Positions 37,691 to 50,090 are shown, numbered from the stretch's first letter. The stretch: 64,000 nt of DNA from Octopus vulgaris (GCA_951406725.2 OX597818.1:48918001-48982000), one strand, 5' to 3'. Notes: a model not told the origin generated them from the letters alone. Translations and numbers: made by a program.

Positions 37691-39172
37691 TGAGGGTGCG
37701 CGCGTGTGTGTGTGTGTGTGTGCGTGTGCGTGAGTGTGTGACAGGAAAGTTTTTTACGACGAATATAAGTAGCAGAAAGATAAGACAGTAAGGTGTGATT
37801 TGAGGGAGATTTGGCTGCTAAATCTACCATGTCTAGCTGCCATGTAGGGGTCTTCCTCATAGGCTCATACATACATATATACATAGATAAGACAGTAAGG
37901 TGTGATTTGGGGGAAATTTGGCTGCTATTTCTACCAGGTCTAGCTACCATGTAGAGGTCCCCCTCATTGGCTCATATATATATACATACATAAGACAGTA
38001 AGGTGTGATTTGAGGGAGATTTGGCTGCTGTTTCTACCTGGTCTGTTAGGCCTTCTCATGTAAACTCAAGCTTTCTCATGCCTTGAACATAAGACCAAAG
38101 TAGAGAACGTATTCTTTAATTCTTCTGCTTTTTCCAGCCATTGGTCTGTGGCCATGCTGGGGCAATGCCTTGAAGAATTGTAGTTTAATGAATCAACTCC
38201 AGTTTTATTTTTGTAAGCATTGTACTTATTCTATCTGTTTCCTTTGTCAAACCACTAGGTGACAGGGATGTAAACAAACCAACATTCGTTGTCAAGCAGT
38301 GGTGGAGGACAATCACAAGCACAGACACGCACACACACACACATACATGCAGACACATATACACACATACATACATACATACATATATATATATGTGTGT
38401 GTATATATATATTGCAGCGTGGAAGGTGTTTGTAAGCCATTTAAGAAACACACAAAAACCGTTAGATTCACTTCAACATTTAAATTTAATTTGCCAAAAT
38501 ATTTTCCTCGCTTTGAGACCGCGACCTGTTCACTGACAAAAATATCGTGCTAACAGGTCGCGGTCTCAAAGCGACGAAAATATTTTGACAAATTAAATTT
38601 AAATGTTGAAGTGAATCTAACGGTTTTTGTGTGTTTCTTACATGGCTTATAAACACCTTCAACGCTGCAACTGTTTTCGTTCCAGCACACGATCTCAGAT
38701 CAAGTCACTTGCTATGCAAGTACATCTCTGTAACTATATATATATTTATATATATATATATATGTATATTGGTAAAAACAGTAAGATAACAAAAGAAAGA
38801 AAGAGACCTCAATATTATGTAAATAGAGGAAATCTTTATATATAAAAGTGAGGTTGTGTGTCTGTCTCCTACGATTTAGATTCCTAACTACTCCCACATT
38901 TTGCGGTGCAGTTTAACCAAAACCGGGTATCTTATAGTCGTGATTCATATCGAGACCGTCTGGGTATTAGCGCGCGTCTACGATTTAAAAAAAAATTTAC
39001 CACCAATTTTTCCCATTTTTAATCCATTTTAATCCAACGTAAAAAGCTACAGTAACACCCCTCCCCCTTTGTGGTTAGCCATATTGAGATGGCTATTATA
39101 CTTTACATCTCTAAAAATGCTTATATAATTATTTCCCTTACAAACCCGAGCAACGCCGGGCGATACTGCTAG
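37276..39172 (+). mobile_element. Composite Helitron, copy 1 (1897 bp)
   Basis: A|TCTCTTATTATAAAA start; CCCGAGCAACGCCGGG hairpin and CTAG|T end; internal H1 element begins with its own TC at 38833. Confidence 0.85.
38412..38671. repeat. Fold-back (~119-bp arms) carried inside the composite Helitron
   Basis: TTGCAGCGT..GCGACCTGTT / AACAGGTCGC..ACGCTGCAA; mirrored at ~40959-41217. Confidence 0.9.
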
Positions 39173-39366
39173 TGAGTGTATGTTTACTTTATTACTAACA
39201 CAAGCCACTACGGTTATTTAATGAAAGTCTTCCTCAAATCACTCTCTCTCTCGCTATTTTCACTCACTCTTAGCTCTTAGCTTCCCATACATTTTACTCA
39301 TGTATCTATCAGCGTCATAGACAGAATACTTTCAGTTTAGTCTTCCTCAAATCACTCTGTCGCTAT

Positions 39367-39639
39367 TTACTTTCATTTTATTCGTTGCCCACTGTGTGTG
39401 TGCGTTTGCGTGTGGTGTAAACCAGACTAAGAAAAGCATTTGACACACACACACCAGAATGTGAGTTTTCTGTAAATTTTGCTTAATTGGAGTTTAAATT
39501 TAAAAAACTGGACCTGGCATGACGCGATGCATTGTACTCTTAAAAATGCTAGGTAAATTGTAATTGAAGAAATCCTATATTGTAGATTTGTATAACTCCC
39601 AAAGGGAGGCAGATAAAATCTGCCTTTTATAATAAGAGA
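39367..39639 (-). mobile_element. Third copy of the Helitron 5' module
   Basis: Matches 42291-42561 and ends at the same ATAATAAGAGA|T. Confidence 0.85.
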
Positions 39640-40035
39640 TAGATTTCTTACATAGGCACAGAAACTCAAATGTTGGGTATGAGCCTGACTGATTAGATCA
39701 ACCTCAGTACTCAACTGATAATTATTTTATTGATTTCAAAAGGATGAAAGATAAAGTTGACATTGGAAGGATTTGAACTCAGTGTAAATGTATCCAGCAT
39801 TTTGTCTGCGCTCTACCGATTCTATTAATCCACTGCTTTCTATGTAGTCTATAACATCACATATACTTCAATGGTCTGTGTGTGTGTAACACTTTCAACA
39901 AACACTATCTAATTTGTGGAAAGAAACTGAAGATATTATCTGTTATACAAACAAGATTCATATTATTCACAAAGCAATTGACTGATGAACTATGGAGCAT
40001 AATCGAAGACAGTCTTTTACAGATACAATATATGT

Positions 40036-40305
40036 ATCATTATCATTATCGTTTAACGTCCGTTTTCTATGCTGGCATGGGTTGGACGATTTCACTGAGG
40101 ACTGGCAAGCCAGGAGGCTGTGCTAAGTTCCAATCTGATCTGGTAGTGTTTTTACAGCTGGATGCCCTTCCTAATGACAACCATTCCGAGAGTGTAGTGG
40201 GTGCTTTTTACATGCCACCAGCACAGGAGCCAGTCAGGCAGCATTATCAACAACCCATTCATGCATGGTGCTTATTGTGTGCCACCAGCACAAGAGCCAG
40301 CCACG
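40036..40305 (-). mobile_element. RTE LINE 3' tail
   Basis: RTE 3' UTR motif. Confidence 0.75.
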
Positions 40306-40400
40306 GGATATATATATATATATATACACATACACATACATAGATATCAAACAATGCAAATGAGTCAACACTGCATTGGTGAATAAAGATTATTTGTGTA

Positions 40401-42146
40401 CTAGCAGTATCGCCCGGCGTTGCTCGGGTTTGTAAGGGAAATAATTATATAAGCATTTTTAGAGATGTAAAGTATAATAGCCATCTCAATATGGCTAACC
40501 ACAAAGGGGGAGGGGTGTTACTGTAGCTTTTTACGTTCTGAGATTTAATAATAAATTTTAGAGAGTTACTTCCCTTATATATGTCAAAAATGGATTAAAA
40601 ATGGGAAAAATTGATGGTAAATTTTTTTAAAATTGTAGACTCATCGTAGACGCGCGCTAATACCCAGACGGTCTCGATATGAATCACGACTATAAGATAC
40701 CCGGTTTTGGTTAAACTGCACCGCAAAATGTGGGAGTAGTTAGGAATCTAAATCGTAGGAGACAGACACACAACCTCACTTTTATATATAAAGATTTCCT
40801 CTATTTACATAATATTGAGGTCTCTTTCTTTCTTTTGTTATCTTACTGTTTTTACCAATATACATATATATATATATATATAAATATATATATAGTTACA
40901 GAGATGTACTTGCATAGCAAGTGACTTGATCTGAGATCGTGTGCTGGAACGAAAACAGTTGCAGCTTTGAAGGTGTTTATAAGCCATTTAAGAAACACAC
41001 AAAAACCGTTAGATTCACTTCAACATTTAAATTTAATTTGTCAAAATATTTTCGTCGCTTTGAGACTGCGACCTGTTAGCACGATATTTTTGTCAGTGAA
41101 CAGGTCGCGGTCTCAAAGCGACGAAAATATTTTGGCAAATTAAATTTAAATGTTGAAGTGAATGTAACGCTTTTTGTGTGTTTCTTAAATGGCTTACAAA
41201 CACCTTCCACGCTGCAATATATATATACACACATATATATATATGTATGTATGTATGTATGTGTGTATATGTGTATGCATGTATGTGTGTGTGTGTGCGT
41301 GTCTGTGCTTGTGATTGTCCTCCACCACTGCTTGACAACGAATGTTGGTTTGTTTACATCCCTGTCACCTAGTGGTTTGACAAAGGAAACAGATAGAATA
41401 AGTACAATGCTTACAAAAATAAAACTGGAGTTGATTCATTAAACTACAATTCTTCAAGGCATTGCCCCAGCATGGCCACAGACCAATGGCTGGAAAAAGC
41501 AGAAGAATAAAAGAATACATTCTCTGCTTTGGTCTTATGTTCAAGGCATGAGAAAGCTTGCGTTTACATGAGAAGGCCTAACAGACCTGGTAGAAACAGC
41601 AGCCAAATGTCCCTCAAATCACACCTTACTGTCTTATGTATGTATATATATATGAGCCAATGAGGAGGACCTCTACATGGTAGCTAGACCTGGTAGAAAT
41701 AGCAGCCAAATTTCCCCCAAATCACACCTTACTGTCTTATCTATGTATATATGTATGTATGAGCCTATGAGGGAGACCCCTACATTGCAGCTAGACATGG
41801 TAGAAATAGCAGCCAAATCTCCCTCAAATCACACCTTACTGTCTTATGTATGTATATATATATGAGCCAATGAGGGGGACCTCTACATGGTAGCTAGACC
41901 TGGTAGAAATAGCAGCCAAATTTCCCCCAAATCACACCTTACTGTCTTATCTATGTATATATGTATGTATGAGCCTATGAGGAAGACCCCTACATGGCAG
42001 CTAGACATGGTAGATTTAGCAGCCAAATCTCCCTCAAATCACACCTTACTGTCTTATCTTTCTGCTACTTATATTCGTCGTAAAAAACTTTCCTGTCACA
42101 CACTCACGCACACGCACACACACACACACACACGCGCGCACCCTCA

Positions 42147-42181
<35 letters not shown>

Positions 42182-42561
42182 TCACACACACGCACGTTAG
42201 CTTACAATTTTATTTAGATATTTGCGTGTCTATGTGTTGAAAGAGGAAGTGGGAGGCAGAGTGAAAGAATCACTCACTACAGTAAGTAAATTACTTTCAT
42301 TTTATTCGCTGCCCACTGTGTGTGTGCATTTGCGTGTGGTGTAAACCAGACTAAGAAAAGCATTTGACACACACACCAGAATGTGAGTTTTCTGTAAATT
42401 TTGCTTAATTGGAGTTTAAATTTTAAAAACTGGACCTGGCATGACGCGATGCATTGTACTCTTAAAATTGCTAGGTAAATTGTAATTGAAGAAATCCTAT
42501 ATTGTAGATTTGTATAACTCCCAAAGGGAGGCAGATAAAATCTGCCTTTTATAATAAGAGA
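40401..42561 (-). mobile_element. Composite Helitron, copy 2 (2161 bp)
   Basis: Reverse complement of 37276-39172 with the same termini and an AT target; extra 210-bp minisatellite unit. Confidence 0.85.
41089..41139 (+). ncRNA. Minimal hammerhead ribozyme variant with G3:C8 core
   Basis: uuuguca GUGAACA g GUCGC ggucucaaa GCGAC GAAA auau UU uggcaaa. Confidence 0.6.
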
Positions 42562-42755
42562 TTAAGGCTATCATTAGTTCTTAACAATTTTTCAAGCCAA
42601 TCTAAAACATGAAAACAATACACACACACACACACAGATATATATATATATATATATATATATAGGGAGAGTTTACGAAAAAAACAAAAGACGAAGACAG
42701 GTGGTGTACAAAACAAACAGATGTATTAGTATAACGCTCAGGAATAGAAAAAGTC

Positions 42756-42799
<44 letters not shown>

Positions 42800-43378
42800 T
42801 AAAGACCCCTTTTGGTCATGAATGATCATGGAATTGCACCTAGAAAGTTTCTCTCTGAGGCACAAATCTGGGCAAGGTCGTTTGTGGAAGACCAGTAGTT
42901 GCTCATGCATACCAGTCCCCCCCATTCATGTTACAAATGTTGTTCAAGGGAAAGGCAAAGGGGCCGATACAGTTTGGCACCAGTGATGTTGCAACTCATT
43001 TCTACAACTGAGTGAACTGGAGCGACAGGAAATAAAATGTCTTGCTCAAGAACACAACACAGCCTGGTTTGGGAATCAAACTCACAACCTCACGATTATA
43101 TCATAAGCCCAATGCTCTAACTACTGAGCACACGCACACATGTGTGTGTGCGTAGTACATTTAGTAATATAAAGCAACTGACTGCGATTGCAAGCTGAGA
43201 CCAACTAAAAGTTTCCTTTTCTAATGAAAGAGAACACCAGTCTACGTATATGAATGATTCTTTGTTGTGAAGCTCTTTTAAGATGTCATTTAATCCCCAA
43301 GATCATAGATCTATTTAATCTTAATTAAACAGATCTATGATCAAAATTGTTCTATTCATCTGATTTTCTTTTCTTCAG

Positions 43379-43379
<1 letters not shown>

Positions 43380-43416
<37 letters not shown>

Positions 43417-43975
43417 TAATTCATTTATTGGCCACAAGGGCTAACAAAAATCAATTAAAACATGTAGGGTCAAAAACAGGACGAAAGTTACAAAAGGGTT
43501 TTGTCTGTTTGAAAAAATCCATGTAAAAATTCAGAGATAACAGGGAAAATATTTAACAATTAAAACTCCCAATAGGGGGAGGCGCTTCGAAAGGTTACTC
43601 GTGGAAAAAACCCATAAAAGCCACGGGAGCCTGGTCAAAAGTGGGGTAGAGAGCCCCTTTCTCCTTTTATATTACTTTTTTTTTTACAGGTGTATCCTCA
43701 GAATTGGTCCGTTCATACTGGCCATTCTTCCGACATTCACCCATCTTTCAATGAATTTGCTATGAATCAGCACTTCCCTCTCTACTCTCATCTTCCTTTT
43801 CAAATGGAACTTGAAAAAGTTGATGAGGCCTTGTCCAAAGAGGAAAGTGTCTGACCTTAGCCCTTTCAAACAGGTCCACCATACCACCTCTTTCGCTACA
43901 GCCACTAGGCAAAGGAAAATTGCCTTGCCCTCCTGGTTAAAGGAGGTCAGCGGGGCAATCCTCACTATGGATTCA
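43380..43975 (-). mobile_element. Tx1/L1-like LINE 3' end
   Basis: AVAKEVVWW...KMRVEREVL..KFIERW C-terminal pattern, 3' UTR with AATAAA, (TTA)n tail. Confidence 0.6.
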
Positions 43976-44623
43976 TAATAATAATAATGAACTTATTATA
44001 TACAGTGCTCAGGTGCACAACTCATCAGAAAAAGTAGCCACAATTGCATGAACAAGACATAGAAGAAGTGACCAGTCAATTTAGAATTAGATTGGATTAT
44101 CTAACATAGTGTTTCTTTCTTTAAGCTGGTAAAGTATGATATGAGGGAAATTTGGCTGCTATTTCTATGAGGTTCATCAATAAAATCACTTGGGGGTTCT
44201 TGACAGGAATTTGAATCTCTTAAGTAGTTTAAGCAATTGTAGGATGAAGGTTTGTTTAAGGATGGACTCATCTAAACAAAGCAATTAAAATTCCTGATTA
44301 ATGCATTCCTCACTCGTTATCACAATTGTTACTTTATAATTCCTGAAAAAAGAAGAAAAAAAACTCACAGTAATTTTTATGATTTGCAGATCTGTTATGA
44401 TTTGAAGTGATATTTTTTTCTTTTATTTCTTTTACTTGGCTTGTTTTAATCTATGGCCATGGTGGGGCACTGCCACAAAGGTTTGGCCCAGGCACTCATT
44501 CTCTTTTTAAGTCTGGTATGCAAAGAAACCAACACTTTGTCAAGGTGTGTAGGGACAAACACAAAAGACACACACACACATGTGCATACATACATACATA
44601 CATACATACCAACATATAATATA

Positions 44624-45166
44624 TTGGGTTGTCTGGAAAGTTCGTGCTGATTTTTAAAGGAAAGAAAAAGGTCAATAAATATTTGCCATTATATTTTTAA
44701 TCAACCAAATATGAACCATTTTTTGCACAATGTGTCTCCATCTTTCCTTTAACTTTAAAATACCCACTTCCCCGAACTGAGGTGATTTCCTTAGCAAAGA
44801 ATTCATCAAGGTATCTTTTTATGTCATCCAAGGAATTGAAATTTTTATTATTAAGACTATTCTACAGAGACCTGAATAAGTGGAAATCCAGGAGGGTGGG
44901 GTAACATATCCCAGCCGAGCTGCAGCAATTTTTGTCTGGTTCCCAAAGCATCAAGTGCCGAAAATGAACTTTCTTATCTTCCATTTTAAAGGGTTACAGA
45001 ATTAACACAGGTTATAGGAACATAAACCTTCTTCCATGAAAAGATAGCTTAAACTGTGCTCTAAATGGAGGTGCAGTCAAATCCTATTTTATGGACTCAA
45101 CCATGTTCTAAAATAAATCGAAAGGTAAGCTACTATAAATCGGCATGAACTTTCCGGACAACCCAA
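44624..45166 (-). mobile_element. Internally deleted mariner element
   Basis: TA|TTGGGTTGTCTGGAAAGTTC ... GAACTTTCCGGACAACCCAA|TA TIRs; DFHLFRSL remnant. Confidence 0.85.
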
Positions 45167-45476
45167 TATATATATAAAACAGGCTTCTTCAGTTTCTGTC
45201 AGCCAAATTCACTCAAGGCATTGCTTAGCCTGGTGCCGTAGTAGGAGATGCTTGTCCAAAGTACCAAACAATGGAACAAAATGTCAAACCACACAATTGT
45301 GAAATGAACTCCTGAACCTCATGGCCATGCCTGTGCTTTGAGTTTAACTAATCTATTGTTTAGTAAAGACAATTATGTCCCTCACCCTTTTTCACATTCT
45401 GGCCTAGGGAAATTGTTTTATTTTAAAGAATTCCAACTGCATTTAACCCTTTAACATTCAGATTATTCTTTTAAGT

Positions 45477-46730
45477 CATCATCATCATCATCATCGTTCA
45501 ACGTCCGTTTTCCGCGCTAGCACGGGTTGGACAGTTCAACTGGGGTCTGGGAAGCCAGGGGCTGCTCCAGGATCCAGTCTGATCTGGCAGAGTTTCTACG
45601 GCTGGATGCCCTTCCTAACGCCAACCACTCCGCGAGTGTAGTGGATGCTTTTTACGTGCCACCTGCACGGTCACCAGCATCTGGCAGAGTTTCTACTGCT
45701 GGATGCCCTTCCTAACGCCAACCACTCCGCGAGTGTAGTGGATGCTTTTTACGTGCCACCAGCATCGGTCACGACCGGTTGGAGCATTTAACGTGCCAGC
45801 GGCATGGAAGCCAGCCAAGGCGGCGCTGGCAACGTTCGGATGGTCTTTTTATGTGCCACCGGCACAGGAGCCAGTCGGGGCGGCGCTGGCATTGGCCACG
45901 TTCGGATAGTGCTTTTTATGTGCCACCGGCACAGGCATCACAACTACTATTTTCATTGATATTTATTTCGACGTTCATGTTCATGTACTTGACTCAACAG
46001 GTCTCCTCAAGCACAGCGGGACGTTCTGGGATCCGGGGTACTTTGAATGTGCAGGGGCTATGCGGAACTGATGCAGGAAGCAGCCCGGGTCTTTGCAGTC
46101 ACAGCATATCTCCAGAGATCTCGGTCCTTCGCCATTGCCTCAGTGAGGCCCAACGCTCTGAGGTCATGCTTGACTACCTCATCCCATGTCTTCCTGGGTC
46201 TACCTCTCCCCCTGATACCTTCAACTGTTTGGGAGTGGCACTTCTTCACACATCTCTCCTCATCCATCCGCAGCACATGACCATACCATCACAAGCGTCG
46301 CTCTTGCACACCACATCTGATGCTTCTTATATCCAACATTTCTCTCAGGGTGCTTACACTCTGTCGTGCGTGCACACTGACATTACACATCCAGCGGATC
46401 ATGCTAGCTTCATTTCTTTCAAGTCTACACATGTCCTCTGTAGTCACAGCCCATGTTTCACTACCGTGAAGCATGGCAGTTCGCACACATGCATCATACA
46501 ATCTACCTTTCGCTCTGAGGGAGAGACCCTTTGTCGCCAGTAGGGGTAGGTGCTTTCTGAACTTTGCCCAGGCTATTCGTATTCTAGTGGTAATACTCTC
46601 TGTGCATCCACCTCCACTACTAACTTGGTCACCCAGGTAGCGGAAACTATCAACTACTTCTAGTTTCTCTCCCTGGAGTGTGATGGAATCTGTTTTCTGA
46701 GTGTCTGTGGTGTCTATTGTCCCTGTGCAT
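45477..46730 (-). mobile_element. 5'-truncated RTE-clade LINE
   Basis: YDACVRTAMLHGSETW; HVLRMDEERCVKKC...RGRGRPRKTW; (GAT)n tail. Confidence 0.9.
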
Positions 46731-46745
46731 AAATGTAATGCTTAT

Positions 46746-47409
46746 TTATTACCTCTGCAAGGAAAGAGGTTATGTTTTCATCGGTGTTGGTTTGTCCGTT
46801 TGTGTGCAAAATTTGATGAAACTTACAGGAAAAGTTGGTAATGACACAAGGAACAGATGATGAAATTTTGGTAGTGATATGCGAATTTTTATGGATTCTT
46901 GAAGGATTTTTCATTTGTTATATTTACTTTACATGAAGTATTAGGTTACGTTCTTTGATTATCTCCCTTGAAAACACGTTCATCGTTTCCACTTAACGTA
47001 TTGTGGCGTTGCTGTTTCCAAAGTTTATTTTCGTTTCTCTATTAGTAATTTTACTAGCGTATCTATCTTAGAATGAGCTGCTTGGCGGAGGTCTGCGGAG
47101 GATGACATGACAAGCCTTGACTACTGGAATCGACTCAAAAATCTCAGGCTTTGCTCCTTCCACCGCCGCTGTGAAACTAGCTTGCTGTTGTCATTGATGT
47201 ATTATAACTGCTTCAGATGATTCCTGTTTTTAAAGGGTTTTTTTTAAAAAAATCATATGGCTGCATTATTTTTTTTTTTAACCCCACCAAGGAGGTTATA
47301 TTTTTGCTGGCGTTTGTTTGGGAAATTGGGCGATTTTCAGTATGCATGTATATGGGTGGAAATGAGCTGCCTAGTGGAGGTCTGCGCTCTCCGAGTGCTT
47401 TTCTAGTTC
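46746..47409 (+). mobile_element. Helentron-type HINE / DINE-like element(s)
   Basis: TTATTACCTCTGC...GAGGTTATG 5' IR; GGCGGAGGTCTGCG subTIR; GCGCTCTCCGAGTGC 3' stem-loop; TT target. Confidence 0.65.
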
Positions 47410-48729
47410 ACATTGTTTTGAATTTATTCTGCATTATTTTGTAGCCTTGAGATTTTGATAATATGACTGTAAATTTTTAGATTAACATTATAAGGTAGGT
47501 ATGAGTGGCTGGATCTGGCCAGTTTGAAAATAAAACAGGAAGAAAATGCTAAAGGGTTAAACAAGTCTGGCAGGCATTAACAATATATTTCCCAGAAATG
47601 TTGCACATGTAAATCCTCTATTGCAGTCTTCCGGACATGAGAATGCTAATAATAACAATAATCCTTTCTATTATAGGTGCAAGGCCTGAAATTTGGCAGT
47701 GAGGTGTCTTGTTGATTACATTTGACCCCAGTGCTTGACTGGTATGTATGTTATTGACCCCAAGATGATGAAAGGGAAAGTTGACCATAGCAGAATTTGA
47801 ACTCAGAATGTAAAGATCAATGAAACACTGCTAAGCATTTTCTCTGATTTCCTAATGATTCTGCTAGCTCACCACCTTAATAATAATAATAATGATAATA
47901 ATAATAATAATAATAAAATGCCCTGATGCAGTACCAGACAGTGGATCTCGTGGCTTCTGATCTTAATTGATTGGAAGTGTTATCCTGTACATTGTTTTGT
48001 CTTGGTATAAAAGATGGGCTACAGCAAATATTCTGCTAAATACCACAGATTTGCTTGTCGGTTGTTTGACCTTAACCAGTTGAGCATGTCCCTTGGTGGC
48101 TGGTGATATGCGCATCTCTGATCACGAGCAGAAGTAGTGGGGAAGCATCATAGCCATGTGTTGAGAGGGATTCTTTGGGGTTTGAATAATTCACCTTTGG
48201 AAACATGGGTGTTTTGTTCAACATCCTTAAACAACCCTTATTCAGGGACCTTTTGAGTGGGATGGATTACTCGACCAGAAGAAAATTCTAACTGGGCCCC
48301 ACCTGCAAGCTCATGTGCTGTTTATCTTGATATGCGATCACCACATCGCGCACATATAGTTGTGATGCATGTGCCTGGTGTACCCTTATCAGATGGGTAG
48401 TCATGATGGGTATATTAGGCTTCGTATATTTTACCCCAGTGTCACTTTGATCGCATGCACTGCTCTCTCACTCAATAATAATAATAATGGTTTCAAATTT
48501 TGCCACAATGGCAGACATTATGAGGGGAGGAGGTGCATCAATTACATTGACCCAGTCTTCAACTAGTACTTATTTTATTAACCCTGAAAGGATGAGAGGC
48601 AAAGTTGACCTCGGCGGAATTTGAATTCAGAATGTAGTGAAGAGTAAAATACCACTAAGTATTTCGCCGCCAGGCATGTTAACAAGTCTGCCAGCTCACC
48701 ACCTTAAATAATAATAATAATAATTATAA

Positions 48730-49068
48730 GAGCCAAGGCAACACCAGCATCCTCTCAACGATTAGCCAGAGATGATTTTTAAAATGAGAATATCTGAAAT
48801 AAACTCGACTGCTCTCACAAACGATAATACTAAAAATGAACCTGACAACTCTCAAAAATTAAGTAAAATACAAGAAAAATAATTCAGAATCATTGTCTGG
48901 TACCAGATCAATCCCCAAATCTAAACAGTTCATGCCAGTCACAAGAACAAACATCCCTGAAAGTTTCATCCAAATTCATCCAGTGGTTTTTGAGATATCT
49001 TGTCTGCGGACAAACAAACAACCACAACTGAAAACTATACTTCCGCCTTCGCTAAGGCGGAGGTGATA
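48730..49068 (-). mobile_element. HINE-like element, partial
   Basis: ACTTCCGCCTT-CGCT-AAGGCGGAGGT IR; homologous to 55840-56208. Confidence 0.65.
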
Positions 49069-49099
49069 ACAACAATGATTTCTTTTAGCTACAAGGGGG

Positions 49100-49482
49100 T
49101 GAAGCACTCCGTCGGTTACGACGACGAGGGTTCCAGTTGATCCGAATCAACAGAACAGCCTGCTCGTGAAATTAACGTGTAAGTGGCTGAGCACTCCACA
49201 GACACGTGTACCCTTAACGTAGTTCTCGGGGATATTCAGCGTGACACAGAGAGTGACATGGCCGGCCCTTTGAAATACAGGTACAACAGAAACAGGAAGT
49301 AAGAGTGAGAGAAAGTTGTGGTGAAAGAGTACAGCAGGGATCACCACCATCCCCTGCCGGAGCCTCGTGGAGCTTTAGGTGTTTTCGCTCAATAAACACT
49401 CATAACGCCCGGTCTGGGAATCGAAACCGCGATCCTATGACCGCGAGTCCGCTGCCCTAACCACTGGGCCATTGCACCTCCT
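49100..49482 (-). mobile_element. Chimeric SINE (family E head + family D tail)
   Basis: 49300-49480 matches SINE E; 49105-49275 matches the SINE D 3' half. Confidence 0.8.
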
Positions 49483-50090
49483 ACAAGGTGGTAAGATGAA
49501 GGGGATACCCACCTTGTACGTTGAGGAGCCTCCTAAAATTGCAGCTCCTATTTATCATTTTCACCCTCTCTTCTATATGTAAGTAGCCATGCAACTTCTC
49601 TCTAACAAGACCACCCTTTCCACCTCAAATTCCATAACCTTTCTTGTTGCATGGTGATCTCAAAATTGCTGCTGGCATGAATAAGTACCCTGTACATGCT
49701 GTGAGGTGGTTGGTGTTAGGAAGGGTACCCAGCTGTAGAAACCATGCCAAAGCATGGAACACAATGCAGTTTTTGTACCCCAAGGATCCTGTCAAACTGT
49801 CCAATCCATGCCAGCTTGGAACAAGGACATTAAATCAAGAATGTTAAATTACATGTTACCAACTCCCAGCTCTGTCTTGTACTAATTTTACTGTTGACCT
49901 CCTTAGCTTTCATGACAATGTTCACTAGTTTATCATTGTAATCACTTCTTCCACTGCATTTTCTCTGCCTCTTCAGAAGATCATGCCTGCCATTGATGAA
50001 AAACTTTTCTGTACTACCTGTTCAACAAAGTGAGTAGCTAACGTTATAACTACATGGCTTGATATTTTCAATGCTGGATGTATTTGTACC

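Larger units (their letters stand above)
45447..47556. mobile_element. piggyBac-like MITE expanded by nested insertions
   Basis: TTAA|CCCTTTA at left and TAAAGGG|TTAA at right; pieces 45447-45475, 46731-46749 and 47410-47556 rejoin to the 17854-type sequence. Confidence 0.75.

Noticed and set aside
39978-40016. Hammerhead-like CTGATGA + small hairpin (similar cases at 1048, 3076, 51414)
   Set aside because: No correctly placed GAAA and no stem I
37276-42561. Assembly artefact as the cause of the large inverted repeat
   Set aside because: Copies end exactly at Helitron termini and differ by substitutions and indels; long-read confirmation is still desirable
45779-46543. Longest ORF in the window (254 aa, + strand)
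   Set aside because: Antisense reading of the minus-strand RTE fragment
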